64,000 bases of DNA from Rebecca billardiae RCC1528 (lineage: Eukaryota; Protista; Haptophyta): NCBI GenBank assembly GCA_965240325.2, contig OZ251228.1:310001-374000 (forward strand). The letters run 5' to 3'. Below, one piece after another: positions 1 through 13,577 of this stretch; the first letter of the stretch is position 1, and each line of letters opens with the position of its first letter. The notes under the pieces were generated by a model that made no database searches, was not told the origin of the DNA, and worked only from the letters and a program-made list of their open reading frames with translations. Both the position numbers and the translations under genes were made by a program.

Positions 1-630
1 CCTATCGCCCACACGGTCACGCGCGGTAGCGGGAGCACCCACGCTTCTTCTTCAGTCTGTAACACATCACATCATATAACTGATAGTGATGAGGCTGACT
101 GAGACTCGGCGTCACTAGGCCTAGCGAGTGAGTAGCGTGGGGCCCGTGCTGCTGGTGTCACATGCAGACGAGTAGTCACACGTTCACAGTCGATCTCAGC
201 GATCAGCATGATCGTCATCACTCATCAGCGCATCGTATACGTATTCGTCCGATTCGTCCCGGCGAATGCGGTGCCCAGGATGAGCGGATTCACCGGCGGC
301 GCGCGGACGACGACTGCGCAGGATGCCAGAGTCTACAGCAGTTTGGTACTAGCAGTCGTCTGTCGTGGAAGCAGAGCTAATAGCTATACCACTTATATTA
401 CCAGGTCCAGGACCGTCCCGCGCCGCCTGCGACCCGCGGCCGTGTAGGGGCCGGTCGGGTCCGCGAGTCCGAGGCGAGTGCCACTGGCACCACTAGTAGT
501 CCACGTCACACGCAGCTCGAGCAGTCGAGTGCCTCGGCGCCGCCGACGGCCGCCGCCGCGCACGCGGGCCGGCATGGTGCAGGCGAGAAGGCCTGAGCCG
601 CCGGAGCCGTCGGCGCGCGCGCGCCGTGCG

Positions 631-2082
631 TCATGAGGGCGGCTGCGGCTGCATCTGCGCCCTGCCGTAGTACGCCTCCGGCGTCTTCATCGGGTCGTTG
701 CGCGCCCCGCACGGGTCGGCGTACGTGCCGGCCGGCGGCGGCCCCGCGCTCTCGTGGTCGCCCGGGCGCCACGAGCCCGCCACGATGTCCGGCCTCACGG
801 CCGCGCGCAGGTGCAGCGACAGCGCCGCGTAGATGGTGGCATACTCGTAGTCAGACTTGACCATCCACAGCCTGCGCTCGCGCGCGGCCTCGACGGAGGA
901 GCGCACGAGGTCGTCGAGCGCGTGCAGGCTCGCGCCGATCGTCTCGAGCCTCGCGAGGGCCTCGAGGCTGCGCGCGCGGGGCAGGTCGACGCGTGCGCCG
1001 CGCTGGCTGCGTGAGCTGAGCTGCGCGCGCGCGCGCGCGCGCGGGCGCTCGGTGCGCGCCAGGCATCGGCGCGCGCGGCACGCACAGAGTGATGAACGTG
1101 CCAGTCCGGCCGACGCCGGCGGAGCAGTGCACGATGGGCCAGTCGTGCAAAGAGGAGCCCCGCGCGAGGTACGCCAGCGCGAGCACGTGCGCCGCGTTGC
1201 GCTCGAACGCCGCCGTCCCGATCATCGCCGAGTCGGCGAAGTCGATCCACCTGGCATACCACAGCAGCTGCACGAGCCGCTGCGCGCCTGTGCGCGCGTG
1301 CGTCAGCCGGACGGTGTAGCGGGAGAGGCCCGGGACGGGCGGGAGGTGCTCGGCGGCGATGGTCTCCGGGCGCACGGGCCACCTCGCCGCCTCCGCCGCC
1401 ATCTCGCGCGCCGCCGCGCCATCGAGCGCGGGCCAGTACCGCTCGCGCTTGTCGCCTGGCCCCGATCCCTCCTTGTCCTCCTGGTGCGTGAGGTTGATGA
1501 TCAGCGTCGCGCCGAGCTCCCACGCCATCGCCCAGAAGTGGGCGAAGGTGGAGCGCTTCGGGCACATCGTCGCGACGAAGCGGTGCCCCGAGGGCAGGTG
1601 GTCGATCGGCGACGCGTTGATGTAGTCGACTGCGCGCCGCGCGAACGGAGGGAGGGGTCCCCGGGTGTGAGGCCGTCACGCGCGGTGCGGCCGGGCGAGC
1701 GGCGCGCGCGCGCGAGCGCGCGGGTCTCGCGCGCGCGCACCCGTGCGCAGACTCAGCAGCGAGTCTGTGTAAGGCCCCATCCCGCCGCCGAAGCGGTTGA
1801 ACTCCGAGACGACCTGCCAGCGCGCGAGGCGCATGTGCGACGCGCGGCGGCGGAGTCCGACGAATTGGGCGCGAGCGCGCACGTGCGGTGCGTGCGAGCG
1901 CGAGCGGGAGGGCGTGCGATCGAGGCGCAACGCACCTGCGGCTTGATCGGCCCGCGCTTGGCGAGGGTGTAGTACTCTTTCGCCGCGCCAGCGCGCGCCC
2001 ACGTCTGCATCCTGCCGTCAATCGCGTCGGCCAGCGCGGCGGCACGCGCGCGCTCGCTCGCGTCGTTGCTGAGGCAGATCAT
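631..2082 (-). CDS. Classical protein tyrosine phosphatase, 4 exons (approx. 2082-1936, 1813-1741, 1629-~1085, ~1020-631)
   Basis: The spliced product has FNRF (KNRY-like loop), DYINAS created across intron 2, FVATMCP, FWAMAWE, IINLT, WID (WPD loop) and the signature VHCSAGVGRTG. Introns are GT-AG; the boundaries of the third intron are ambiguous by a few nt. Confidence 0.88.
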
Positions 2083-2989
2083 ACTCAGAGGCGGACGCGG
2101 CACGCCGCCAACGCCAAGGAGCGAGCAAGCCGGGGGATGTGTACCAAGCCGCCCGGCGGCGGCGATGTGGCGGCGAGCAGCAGCCGTTGGCGCGCGCGCG
2201 CGCGTCGTCCGCGGCACGCGCGGTGCCGTTGAACTCGGACAAGGCGAGTAGTGCAGTGTCTTGCCGGAACACCACGATGGCTGCCGCTGGAATAATGAGC
2301 CGGGAAAACTTCGGAGTCCGGCGGCGGCGAGGGCGACGGCGGAGGGCGACGACGGGCGTACACGGGGCCCGCGGCGGCGGGAAGCGCGCGGGCGCAGCCG
2401 AGAACGTCCGACGGTCCGGACGCCTCTCGCCAGCCGTGGACACGCACCGCGCCTCCTCCTCGCACGCGGCTAACTTCATCCGGTGCCAACCGGTGGTTTT
2501 GCTGCCGAACGGCTAGAGTTCCACGGCTGGTGACGGTTCGACTTGCGACCTCGCCGGTGGTGCTTAGAAGAAGGGACATCAGTAGTTGGTCAAACTCCCA
2601 CGCACCCGTTCTGCGCTCGTCGACGCCCTCTGAAGAGGATTCGGGGTGCATGACGGGGCAGCGGCATCGTGCGGGTTGCCGGTAGTGGCATTGACTCTCA
2701 CTGACACTCGGTCATCCAGTGCGCGCCGCGCAGGGCATCACGTAGCGCGGAATCCGCGGATGTGGTGCACGAATATGGCCCGGCAATGCGGTCGCGGCAT
2801 GTCTGCCACTCTGCCTGGTTTGCCTAAGGCCTGCCGCACCGGCAAAACAAGCGCTCAGGAGCCCGTGTGCCGAGCGTGCCAGCCACATCGAGATGCGGGC
2901 ACTTGGCGCTTTGAAATCCGGCGGATGATGACGTTCCATTCATTCCACTGGGCGCTGGCTCCGCCGCTCCAATACTCGGTACGGCGGTA

Positions 2990-3054
2990 CAGTTTACTAT
3001 ACGAATAAGACGACGCACACAGCTCAGGCAGGCGAGATTGACGCCCGCCAACTG
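2990..3054 (+). repeat. Dispersed ~50-70 bp repeat, copy 1 (TA|CAGTTTACTA...GCAGGCGAGATTGAC), probably a DNA-transposon end
   Basis: Near-identical to the copies at 20338, 22937 and 30437-30509 (minus strand); preceded by TA. Confidence 0.8.
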
Positions 3055-3731
3055 TCACCGCGCCCATGAAGCCGTCGCCGATGGCAGCGCCGTCGGAAGA
3101 TTCGTTCAGCCGTCCGCCTGCGAGGCCTGGATGAGTGGATGAGGGCTGCGGCCGCCTCGCCGCTCGCGGCGCGCCACAGTAGTCTGACAGTACTACCAGG
3201 TAGTTATCTCGAGCCCGATCTCCTGCACCGGTCGCGATCTCCGGGCTCGGGCGCTCGGCAGTCGGCACGCGGACGCGAGCGCCGCCACATTCTGCACGTG
3301 GTGTTAGGTGGCATGTCGGTCGCGCGCTCAGGACTAACGCGGCACAAGCAATGGGCGTTCATCAATTTGTCGTCAGTCGCAGTGCTCAGGGACTGGTGTC
3401 GGGTGCGATCTTCCCCGGCGCGCGACTGCCAAAATGCCACTAGGCCGCACACACCACTCACGCATATGAGTGAAGGTACCAACTCTCACGCCGCTATCGC
3501 TTCCAGCTCCCCCTCAGTCAGCAAGTCGGATGCGACGCACACGCTCTCGCGCGGGCGCGGCGCGCATATGCGGTGGCACTTGACTGCACCCCGGCAGCGC
3601 GCGCGCGCAGGTGACCAAAGCGCACATGCCAAGCGGCTTGGTTGGTCGCTTCGGGTTTCCAGTACCCATTAAAAATCATAGAATGAGTAGTACCAGTACA
3701 TATCCGATTTACATATGAAGGAGCCATCTTG

Positions 3732-3799
3732 TGGATCCCCGATGAATATTGAATACTAATGAATATGGATCCCCGATGAATACTGAATACTAATGAATA
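3732..3799. repeat. Two tandem 34-bp units (TGGATCCCCGATGAATAYTGAATACTAATGAATA) in an AT-rich patch
   Basis: Copies at 3732-3765 and 3766-3799 differ at one position. Confidence 0.9.
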
Positions 3800-4229
3800 T
3801 GAAAGAGTCATTGGAGTGTCTCTTCTCATATGACTTCAGGTTCGGTCAATTATATAATTATGGACCCACGAGAAGCTCCCGCCGAAGTTTCGAGTAGGAA
3901 TTATTTCATATAGGCACATATGGATATGGCTTTTGGATCGTTACAAACGAGGGTTTCATATTTTCAATACATACCGTATCGTTTTCATTGTCGATCTCCT
4001 TGGTATGACCGTATGAGGTCAACCATATGAGTACCACCCATACTCGCTTTTCAGGCTGTCATCATACCATGATATTATATTAGAATTAGATTACGACTGA
4101 AATTGTGGCGCTTCCAACTTTCAAAATTCGTGGAAGCTGGATTCCGCTGGGGATCGGCAACCCTGCCGCTCGCGACTTGGTGCGCACCAGGACCACCGTG
4201 ACCGGTTGCGCACGAGCACGTTGTTCGCC

Positions 4230-7200
4230 ATGCTCGGCACCAACCCCGCCCAACCATCGCTCGCCTCCACCGACGTCTGCTCAGCGGAGCACTCGGTCTC
4301 TTCGTCGTCTTCGGACGCGGGCGCGTCGCCTGCTGCCGCCGCGGTGGCCCCACCCGCCACAGAGTGCGACGACCGCGGGGCGGCTGAGGAGGGCAACGTG
4401 CAGCAAGATCACATCACGCCAACGTTGTCGTCGACGCCGCCACCGCCGCCGCCGCTCGAGAAGGTCGAGCCGCCGCGCCTCACGCTCGATCTCAAGTTCG
4501 CCGACGCCCAACGGGAGTGCGCGTACGCGTCGGAACTGCTCGCGCAGTACCCCACGCGCCTGGTGCTCGCGGGCGCGGCGTTCGCGCTCCTCTGTGCCGT
4601 CGCCACCGCCCTGCGGCTGGCGGGCGCGGCTCGGGCCCCGTCGCCGTGGGCAGCCGCGTGCGCACTGGGCGCGATGACCGCAGCTGCCGCCACGGCCTAC
4701 TTCGGCTTCGCCCTGCCGCGGCTGCACGCGCGGCTCCGCACCGTCGAGGGCGTCACCACCGCGCTCGTGCTCTTCTTCGCCGCCTGCTTCATCGGCGAGC
4801 TCGACGGCGGCCGCGTGGCCCCGATCACCGTAACCGGCGGCCCGAGTGATGAGGCACTGGCCGCAGCGTACCGAGCGCTCGGCCAGTTCGACATGCTGCT
4901 CCGCGCGCTCGCCGTCCCCGCCGTCGCCGCGATGGTCCTGCCGATGCAGGCCACGGCGACGTGCGCGGTGGGCGGCTGCATCGCGCTGCAGCAGCTCCTC
5001 CTCCTTGCGGTGCGCTCGCGCGCCGAGCAGCCTGTCCCGATGCTCGAGGGCGGGGCACTCTTCGCGCTCTTGCTCTGCGGCACGCTGCTCAGTCGTCTCG
5101 CGCACGTCTCGGCGCAGCGCGCGCGCCACCACTACCAGCACACCGCCGACTCGTTCGCCGCCGCGCAGCGCACGACGCTCGAGGTGGCCATGGAGCGCGC
5201 GACGCTCGTGGTCGACGAGCTCCGGACGAGTGAGAACGAGCAGCAGATGCAGCTGCAGAGCGCGCTCGCGGCTAAGCACGCGCGCTCGCGCCTCATCCGC
5301 GTCGTGATGCACGACCTGCGCTCGCCGCTGCTCGCCGTGTCCAACATCGTCTCGACGCTGCAGGAGCTGGACGGCCGGACGCGGCTGAGCCACCACGAGG
5401 TGACTGACTCGGTCGACGCGCTCGGCAAGATGTCGATGCTGATGCAGCATATCGTGTCGGACATGCTCGACTGTGCGCGCGCGCGCGCCACGCGCGCGTC
5501 ACGCCCGTCACCCTTTGCTGCGCGCGCCCGGTCCCTTTGCTTGCAGGTGTCGGCCCGAGCGCGACGTCCAGCTGACTCGACCGGCTCCCTCGCGCGCGCG
5601 CCGCGCCCGCCTCGTCGCGCAGTCGAGCGTATCGACAGTGGCCGGCTCATCCTCGTGCCCGCGCCCTTCTACCTGGGCCAGCTGTGCGAGGACGCTTGCA
5701 CGACCTTCATGGGGTTGGCGGAGCGCAAGGGCGTGACGCTCCGGGTGGAGCCGCTCCCGCCCGAGCTGCTGCTGCAGCCGCTCATCGCGGACGCGCGCCG
5801 GCTGCAGCAGTGCGTGAACAACGGCGTCTCCAACGCGGTGCGCGGCCGCGCCGGGCGCGTGCGGTGCGCGCACGAGCGCCGGAGCGCTGGGGCTGACGCG
5901 CGCCGACCGCGACGCCGCCCGACCGCCTGCCGCCCCCGCCGCCGCCGCCGCGCAGCTCAAGTTCAGCGAGCCCGGAGGCACGATCACTCTGCGCGCGGCC
6001 GTGATGAACATGCGCGCGATGGGCGGCGCGTCCGACTCGGACCCGTGCGCGCGCCACCCAGAGGCCGCGGCGGAGCAGGCGGCGGTCGCGCTCTCGGTCG
6101 TCGACACGGGCATCGGCATGAGCGCGGACGAGCTCAAGACTCTCCAGAAGGGCGAGGCCTTCTCGCAGGTGGGGCAGGGGCAGCTGCAGGGCACGGGCGG
6201 CACCGGGCTCGGGCTGACAATCACTCGGCAGCTGCTGCAGCTGCACGGCGACTCGGAGCTGCACCTCGACTCGCCCGGCCCTGGGCTCGGCGCCACCTTC
6301 GAGCTGCGCCTCCGGCTGTGGCGCGCCAAGTCCAACGAGGCCGACCTCGCCCCGCTGCAGGCGTCGACGATCTCGCCGCCCGGCCTGCACGATCGCCTCG
6401 CGTCGGCGCGCGCGCGCGCGCGCAGCGCGACGCTTGCGCGCAGCCAGGAGGGGTTGCAGCGCAGCCTCGGCGCCGTGCCTACGGCTGCCGGGCTGCGCCA
6501 GACCCTCGCGCACGTGCCCGTCGCATGCGAGCCTATCATGTCAGCTGACGAGCTCGAGGCGTCGCCGCCGCCGCAGCGCCGGCTGCCGCCCACGCCCACC
6601 GCCTCGCGCCTCGCCAAGCCCGAGGCCGAGGCCGCGGCGGCGGCGGTGGCGCCGAGGGGCTCGCCGACGAGCGTGGCCGACGGCGCGAGTCTCGCCGCGC
6701 CTCTCGGCGCGCAGCCGCGCAGTCTACTCGGCACCGCCGCCGTCGCGGCCAAGACCAAGAAGCCCCCGAAGCGCCGCCCGTCGCTCGCCGGGCACGATTT
6801 CCCGCCGGGCTTCCGCTGCCTGTACGTGGACGACGACCGCATCCTGCAGAAGAGCTTCGTCAAGCGCGTGTTCGAGCGCGTGGGCGCGGCGTACGAGCAG
6901 GCGTGGGACGGCAAGGAGGCGGTCGAGCGCATCGTCGGCAAGGGCGAGCAGTACGACATCATCGTGATGGACAACCAGGTGTGTGCCGCGCGCGGCGTGC
7001 GCGCGCGCTCGCGCAGCGGTTCGCGCCGACAGCTGCTGCCGGCTGGCGCGCAGCTGTCTTTTTCGCAGAGCCCGCCGCCCGCGTCCTTACACGCGCTCGC
7101 GCCCGCGCCGCCCCGCGCGCACGCGCCGCCCTGCAGATGCCCCGCATGACGGGCATCGGCGCCACGCGCGCGCTACGCGAGGCCGGCTTCAGCGGCATGA

Positions 7201-8003
7201 TCATTGGCATGACGGGCGACCCGCGCGGCTCGCCCGAGCGCGACGAGTTCGACTCCGCCGGGCTCGACATCAGCATGGACAAGGACGAGGCGGGCGTGAA
7301 GGAGGTGCTGCGCGTGCTCGAGAGCTGCCTGCTGCCCGCCCACGAGCTCGCCGTACGGCCCGCCGCGTCGACCGCCCAGCCGCTCGAGGCGTCGGCCGCC
7401 ACCGCCACGGCTGCCGCGCCCAGCGAGGCGCTCAACGAGTGCGCTGCGCGCGGCGCGGCCGAGGCCGCCGCGGCGGCGCCGACGGCCGACGTGCCGACGC
7501 TCAGCACCGAGGCGTGGCGCGCCTGCGCACCGAGCGTGCGCTCGCCGATCATGGCGCCGGTCGCAGAAGCCGACTCGGACGGCGCCCTGGCCGCGGCCCC
7601 GGCTGCCGCCGCCGACCCGCCGGCCGCCGGCTCGCCGCTCGAGCGCAACTCGGCGATGTGGGCGCAGCTGCAGCAGAGCCACCAGAGCTCCACGCGCGCG
7701 CGCCGCCGCCGGGCCGGCCGGCACCACACGTTCGCCATCGGCGGGCTCAAGGACTACATGGGCGAGGACGACGACCTCCGCGCGCGCCCGCGCACGCTCT
7801 CGGCGTTCATGATGCCGTACGAAGATCAGTCCGAGGACACGGACGAGCCCGAGCCCGAGCTGGACAGTGCCGGGTCCGGGTCCGGGAGCACGCCTGCGCC
7901 GGCGTCGAGCCACGAGGGGTCGGAGGCGGAGGAGGACGGCGCGCTGCCGCCGCCCGTGCTGGGCTCGCTCGGCAGGGATCGAACATACCGTCGGCGGTAC
8001 TAG
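4230..8003 (+). CDS. Membrane-bound hybrid histidine kinase (about 6 TM, HisKA, HATPase_c, receiver); introns 5473-5622, 5838-5955, 6979-7136
   Basis: H-box VMHDLRSPL; N-box NNGVSNALKF and receiver MDNQMPRMTG both form across splice junctions; G1 VVDTGIGM; G2 GGTGLGL; receiver LYVDDD...IIGMTG...K. Confidence 0.92.
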
Positions 8004-8355
8004 TGCATGATGATCGGCGATGATCGGCGATGGCGCCGCGGGGAATCGTGACCGTCGGCGCGACATGACGTCCGGGTGGCCGGGCGTGTAATGAGGCAGG
8101 CTGCTGCTCCGTCCACGACGGGCACGGCTGCTCCGCGCCGACCGTGGAGGACGAGGTCGTCGACACGGTCGCTTCCGCTCGTCTCAGTGATGCTGCTCCA
8201 TCAGTCCATGTCTATTGTGGAAGGGGGTACCACGGGTACCTTCCTTTAGAGGAAGGGGAATACAGACGTTTGCGGGCGGATGATGTACAGTTTTAAAACT
8301 GTACAGTGTACCCCCACTGCTGTACTTGTGCACGTCCTCGCCAACCACGGTCAGC

Positions 8356-11026
8356 ATGGTGGCGTCGTCGCACGCGTACTCGCAGGCGGAGCAGCGCGTG
8401 CAGGTGGACCCGCTCGACCTCAGCGCGTGGGAGGTGATCCTCTCCGTCGCGGACCAGTCGCCGCTGGCCGAGGGCCGCCCGCTCTACGAGCGCTTCCTCG
8501 AGCACTTCCCGTGCGCGGTGCGCGCGCGCGCACGGCCGGCGTGCGCGGCGCGCGGCCGGCTTGCGCGCGCGCGCGCGCGCTGCGCCCTGAGCGCCGGCTC
8601 GCGCGCGCGCGGCGCTCGTGGCTCGTGCGCGCGCAGGCTGTGCAGTGGAAGCGCCTCGTCGACTCCGAGCTGCGCGCGCGCGACTTCGCCTCCGCGGAGG
8701 GCCACCTGGCCGTCTGCCTGCGCGCGTGCCCGCACCTCGGCCTCTGGGAGACGTACATCAGCTTCGTCAAGCTGACGGCGGCGGCGCGGGACGAGGGCGC
8801 GGAGGGCGCGACGAGCCGGCTCGTCGAGGCGTACGCGCTGCTCCTCGACACCGTCGGCCTCGACGTCGGCGCGCTGCCCCACTGGCTCGACTACATCGCG
8901 CTCCTGAAGGCGCAGGCGCGCGCCGAGCCAAGGCTGGTCGTGGCGGTGCGGCGCGCGTACCAGCGCGCGCTCGCGCTGCCGCTCGCGAGGCTCGAGGCGC
9001 TGTGGCAGGAGTACGAGGCGTGGGAGCTGATGGTGAACCGCACGCTCGGCCGCCAGCTCGTCGCCGAGTGGGCCGACCGCCACCGCGCCGCGCGCAAGCT
9101 CGGGCGCGAGCGCGCGTCGCTGCGCGCCGCCGCGCTGTCCGACCCTCCGGGCGCGCCGCCCGCGCGCACGGCGCACGACGCGGAGCTTGTGGCGGGCTGG
9201 CGCGCGTACCTCGCGTTCGAGGCGGCGCACGCGGCGAAGCTGCCCCCCGCCGAGCGCCGCGCGCGCCTCGTCCTCGCGCACGAGCAGTCCCTCCTCCCGC
9301 TCCGGCGGCACGCGCACGCATACACAGACGCGGCGCTCGCGCTCGCGCGCGCGGGCGACGACGCGGCCGCGGTGGCCTACCTACAGCGCGGCGCGGCGAC
9401 GCTCGCGCCGCGCGGCGGCGGCGCCGAGCTGCTCGCGCTGGCGGAGGCGGCGCTGGAGGAGCGCCGCGGCCAGCTGCCCGCCGCCGAGGCCGCCCTCCGC
9501 CGCATGCTCGAGCGCAGCCCGCTCGAGCTCGTCTGGACTTACGCGATTCGGCTGGCGCGGCGCGCGCGCGGCGCGCGCGCGGCGCGTTCGCTGTTCGCGC
9601 AGGCGCGCGCGCAGGGCGTGGGGTGGCGCGTGTACGCGGCGGCGGCGGAGCTGGAGTACGCGGGCGCGCGCGAGCGCGCCAGCGGCCTCGCGCGCGCGTG
9701 CAACATCTGGGAGGCCGCCGCCGCGCGCGGCCACCTTCGCGAGCTCGAGTACACGCTCGCCGCTGCGAGCTTCCTGCGCGGCGCGGGCGAGGGCGCGCGG
9801 CTGCGCGCGCACTGGGAGCGCGCGCTGGGCGCGCTGGACGCGGAGCGCGCGGAGGAGCGCGGCGAGGCGGCGCGCGCGCGCAGGCTCGTCTGGCACCGCT
9901 ACCTCGAGGACGAGCGCGCCTTCGGCTCCGCCGCCTCGCTCGCCTCCCTGGAGCAGCGGCGCGCGGCGGCCGGCCTCGAGCCGGCTGGCGCGGGCGCGGA
10001 CGCGGCGCGCGGCGCGGCGGGCGCGGCGGGCGCGGCCGAGGCGGGCGGCGTGGACGAGGAGGTGCTCACGGCAGAGCGGCTTGCCACGCGCTTCCGCCTC
10101 GGCCCCGAGTGGCCCTGCTCCGCCGCAGAGCTCGAGCTCCTCGGCGTGCGCGTCGACGCCGCCGCCGACGGTGCCGACACTGACACGGCCCTGGACGGAG
10201 GCGGCGGCGCGGACGGCGGCGCGGCGGCCGGAGCGGACGGCGGCGGCGCCCCAGGCCTTGGCGGAGGGCTGCCGCCGCCGGCTGGCGGCAAGTCGGCCCT
10301 GGGGGGCGGCGGGGCGGCCGAGCGGCGTGGCAGGCCGCCGCGCAGCGCCAGCCCCACGCGCAATGGCGCGGAGGCGCGACGCCCGCTCGCGGCCGGCGGC
10401 GGTGCCGCCGCGGGCACAGGCTCAGCCGACGCCCGCGGCGCGCCGCCGCTGACAGAGGCTGAGGCGCTGAGCCTCGCGCACGCGCTGGGCGCGCCCGAGC
10501 CGGTGCGCGCGCGCGGCCGCGCGGCGCGTGCGCCCCCGGCCCGGCCTCGCCCCTCGCTCACCGCCCGCCCCGCGCCCGCCCCGTCCCACCGCGCGCGCGC
10601 GGCCCGCCCGCGCGCCAACCGCCGCGCGCAGTTGGTCGCCCTTCTCTCAGCACTGCCGCCGCCGTGCGAGTTCTACGCGCAGACGCCGAGCGAGGAGGAG
10701 GTGGGCTCGCTGCTGGAGATGCTCGTGAGCCTGCCGCCCGACCTGCACCAGCGGATGGCGACGGCGGCGCGGCTGTTCGCCGGGCCGGCCGACGGCGCGC
10801 ACCGCACCGCCCGCGCAGACGCGCAGCCCTGCGCGGCCGACGCGAGCACAGCGGCACGGCGCGCGCCCTCGCCCGCGCCGGCGGACACGCCCGCGCCGCC
10901 GGCCGACAGCAGCGTCGCGGCCGCAGCGGCCGTGAAGCCCGAGGCGCTGGCCGCGCCGCCTGCCCCACAAGCCGCTGCCGTGCCGCCGCCGCCGCCCCAG
11001 CCAGCCGCGGACCCCGAAGAGGTCGA

Positions 11027-11058
<32 letters not shown>

Positions 11059-11156
11059 CGCTCCCTCTCGCCAAGCGCACCAAGATGAAAGGCGCGGGCT
11101 CCAACCTCTACTCGCAGCGGCTGCAGAAGGCGCAGGCCGGCCGCCGGCCGCAGTAG
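8356..11156 (+). CDS. CSTF3: HAT-repeat cleavage stimulation factor subunit CstF-77/Suf/Rna14-like; introns 8518-8636 and 10503-10631
   Basis: N-terminus DPLDLSAWE...RPLYERFLEHFP; HAT repeats LWETYISFV, VRRAYQRAL, LWQEYEAWE...NRTLG, WRAYLAFE; C-terminal NLYSQR. Confidence 0.85.
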
Positions 11157-11484
11157 TTGGCGTATAGTTGATCGATCAACGCCAACGTACACAGTGACGG
11201 TCCTAGGTAGCCGACTCGCCGCTGATCTGACACCAGTGTATAGCGCTTACTCTGACTCATCCGCCTGCCGGTGCGGCCTGCCGCCTCGCGTGCTCGTGGC
11301 TGGCAGTGAGTACAATAGTGATTCCAGCCCTCAGTGTCAACTTTGACGGCCGGAAGGGCGTGCAAACTGGTTCCGTGAGCGCTGAATCTACACTGGCCCC
11401 AGCGCGGCACGGCAGTGTGCAAGTGCCCGTCCGGGCCCGGCCAGTGGCAGGGCACCGTCCGCGTGGGCGGCGGTCGCGCCCAAA

Positions 11485-13528
11485 ATGCTGACGCGTTCCG
11501 CGCGCACGCGCGCCGCGCTCGCCGTGTGCGCGCTGGCGGTGGGGGTCGTCAGCGACGAGCTGGCGCCACGCCGGCGCCCGTCCACGCCCCTCCGCCGCCG
11601 GCTCGGCCGCTTCGACGACGTCGACGACGAGGAGCCGCTGAGCGGTGCGGAGCGCGCGAGGCTCGGCGCGCTCATCCCGGCAATCCTGAACGGCTCGACG
11701 ACGTTCGAGGCGGTGGTGGACGGGGATGCGGCGTGGCTCACGGAGGAGGACTTTGACGCGCTCGCCTTCGCGCAGGAGTTCGTCGACGAGGGCGACTTCG
11801 CCGCCTGGTGCGCGGCGCACGCCGCCGCGCCATCGGGCGTGCCTGGCGCCCACCGCCTCTCGGCGGCCGCGCTCGCGCTGGCGTGCGCGCAGCGAGCGTC
11901 GGTCGGCCTCGGACGGTCCGCGGCGTCGGTCGCACCCGCTGGCGGCCCACCCGCCCTACCTCCGCGCCTCACCGTCGTGCCCATCGCCTTCCACGTCTTC
12001 GAGCGCCTCGCGAGCACGGCGCGGTGCGTGGCGGCGTGGCGCCGTCTGAACGAGTTGTACGCTGGGATGCACGCGCGCGCGGGGGTCGTGGGCTCGCGCA
12101 GCGCGCCGGCGGGCGCGCGCGTGGACACGCGCATCCGCTTCGAGCTCGTCGGCGTGCGCCACCACGCCAACCGCACCTTTGGCCGCTGCGGCGCGCCGCG
12201 CAACACGTTCGCCCACTCGCGCGAGTACGGCATGCAGTTTGGCCTCGACCCGGCGCAGGTGCTGAACGTGTACGTGTGCGGGCAGGGCGGGCGGGTGCTC
12301 GGGTACGCGTTCCTGCCCGCGCGCGCCAGGTGGGCCCCCGCGCTCAACGCGTTCATCGCGCCCAGGGCGCTCACCTGGGCGACCCTCGCCCACGAGCTTG
12401 GGCACGCTCTCGGCTTGCACCACGTCTTCAAGGGCGGGTGCACGGCCGAGGGGGACCGCGTGGCGGACACGCCGGCGATGAGCGAGGCGTCGAAGCACGC
12501 GGGCTGCCCGGAGCTCGGCACGCCCAGGCTCACCGACTCGTGCCCGGACATGCCGGGCGAGGACCTGCTGCACAACGTGATGGGCTATAACCCCTCCCGC
12601 TGCCGCAAGTCATTCACGCGCGGGCAGGGCGCGCGCATGCACGCCAAGAGCGAGGCAGGGCGCCCGGCGGTGTTCAAGCCGTCCGCCGAGCGGCGGGCGT
12701 TCAGGCCCGTGGGCGTCGGGCGGTGCGGCGGCACGCCGCTGGCGCGCGGCGTCGACGGCACGCTCGACGCGTGCCTCGCGCGCGCGCTTGCCGCCGTGCA
12801 CCCGTCAGGCGGCGCTGCTCGCGCGCCGCTGTGCGCGAGCCATGATTGGACGAGCGGCGACTGCATCGTCTTCGGCGCGGCGGAGGCGGCGGCGTGCGCG
12901 GACGGGGCGCCGCTCTTCGAGCCAGGCCGACGCTGGACGACGTACGCGCGCCGGCGCACCGGGCCGGAGGATCGCTCCGGCGCGTGGGTCACGCGGCTCG
13001 GCTCGTCCGCGGCGATCCACGCCGAGCGCTCGCTGGTCGGCGCCGGCCAGTCCGTGCGCGTGACCATCTCCCACGATCTCTACCTGGAGGGCCCGGCGAA
13101 CTGGCTGGGCCTCTTCCCGGTGGGAGACGCGGCGGGCGAGGCGAGCGTGCGCGCAGGCGCGCCGCGCGTCGACCTGGCCGACGCGCCGCGGCCGAGCGTC
13201 GAGCTCGCGCTCGGCGACGCCGCGGGCGTCGAGGCGCGCGGCGCGGACGGTCGGCGCACGACCACAGTTGTGCTGGACGCGCCGCGCCGCGCCGGGCTGT
13301 ATGAGCTGCACTACCTGTGCTGTAACGGCTTCCAGCCGCTGGCTGAGCCGCTCGTGCTGGCGGTGGAGGCGCTGCCGTGGCCGCCCCCCGAGCCGCCGGC
13401 GCCACCGGCGCCGCTGGCCCCGCCGCCGTCGTCGCCGTCGCCGCCGCCGCCGCCGCTGCCGCCACCGTCGCCGCCGCCGCCACCGTCGCCGCCGAGGCCG
13501 CCGCCGCCGAGCCCCTCGCCTCCTCCGC

Positions 13529-13577
<49 letters not shown>

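Noticed and set aside
2085-3600. Possible decayed minus-strand gene upstream of the PTP
   Set aside because: A few protein-like stretches, but no recognisable motif or consistent exon chain.
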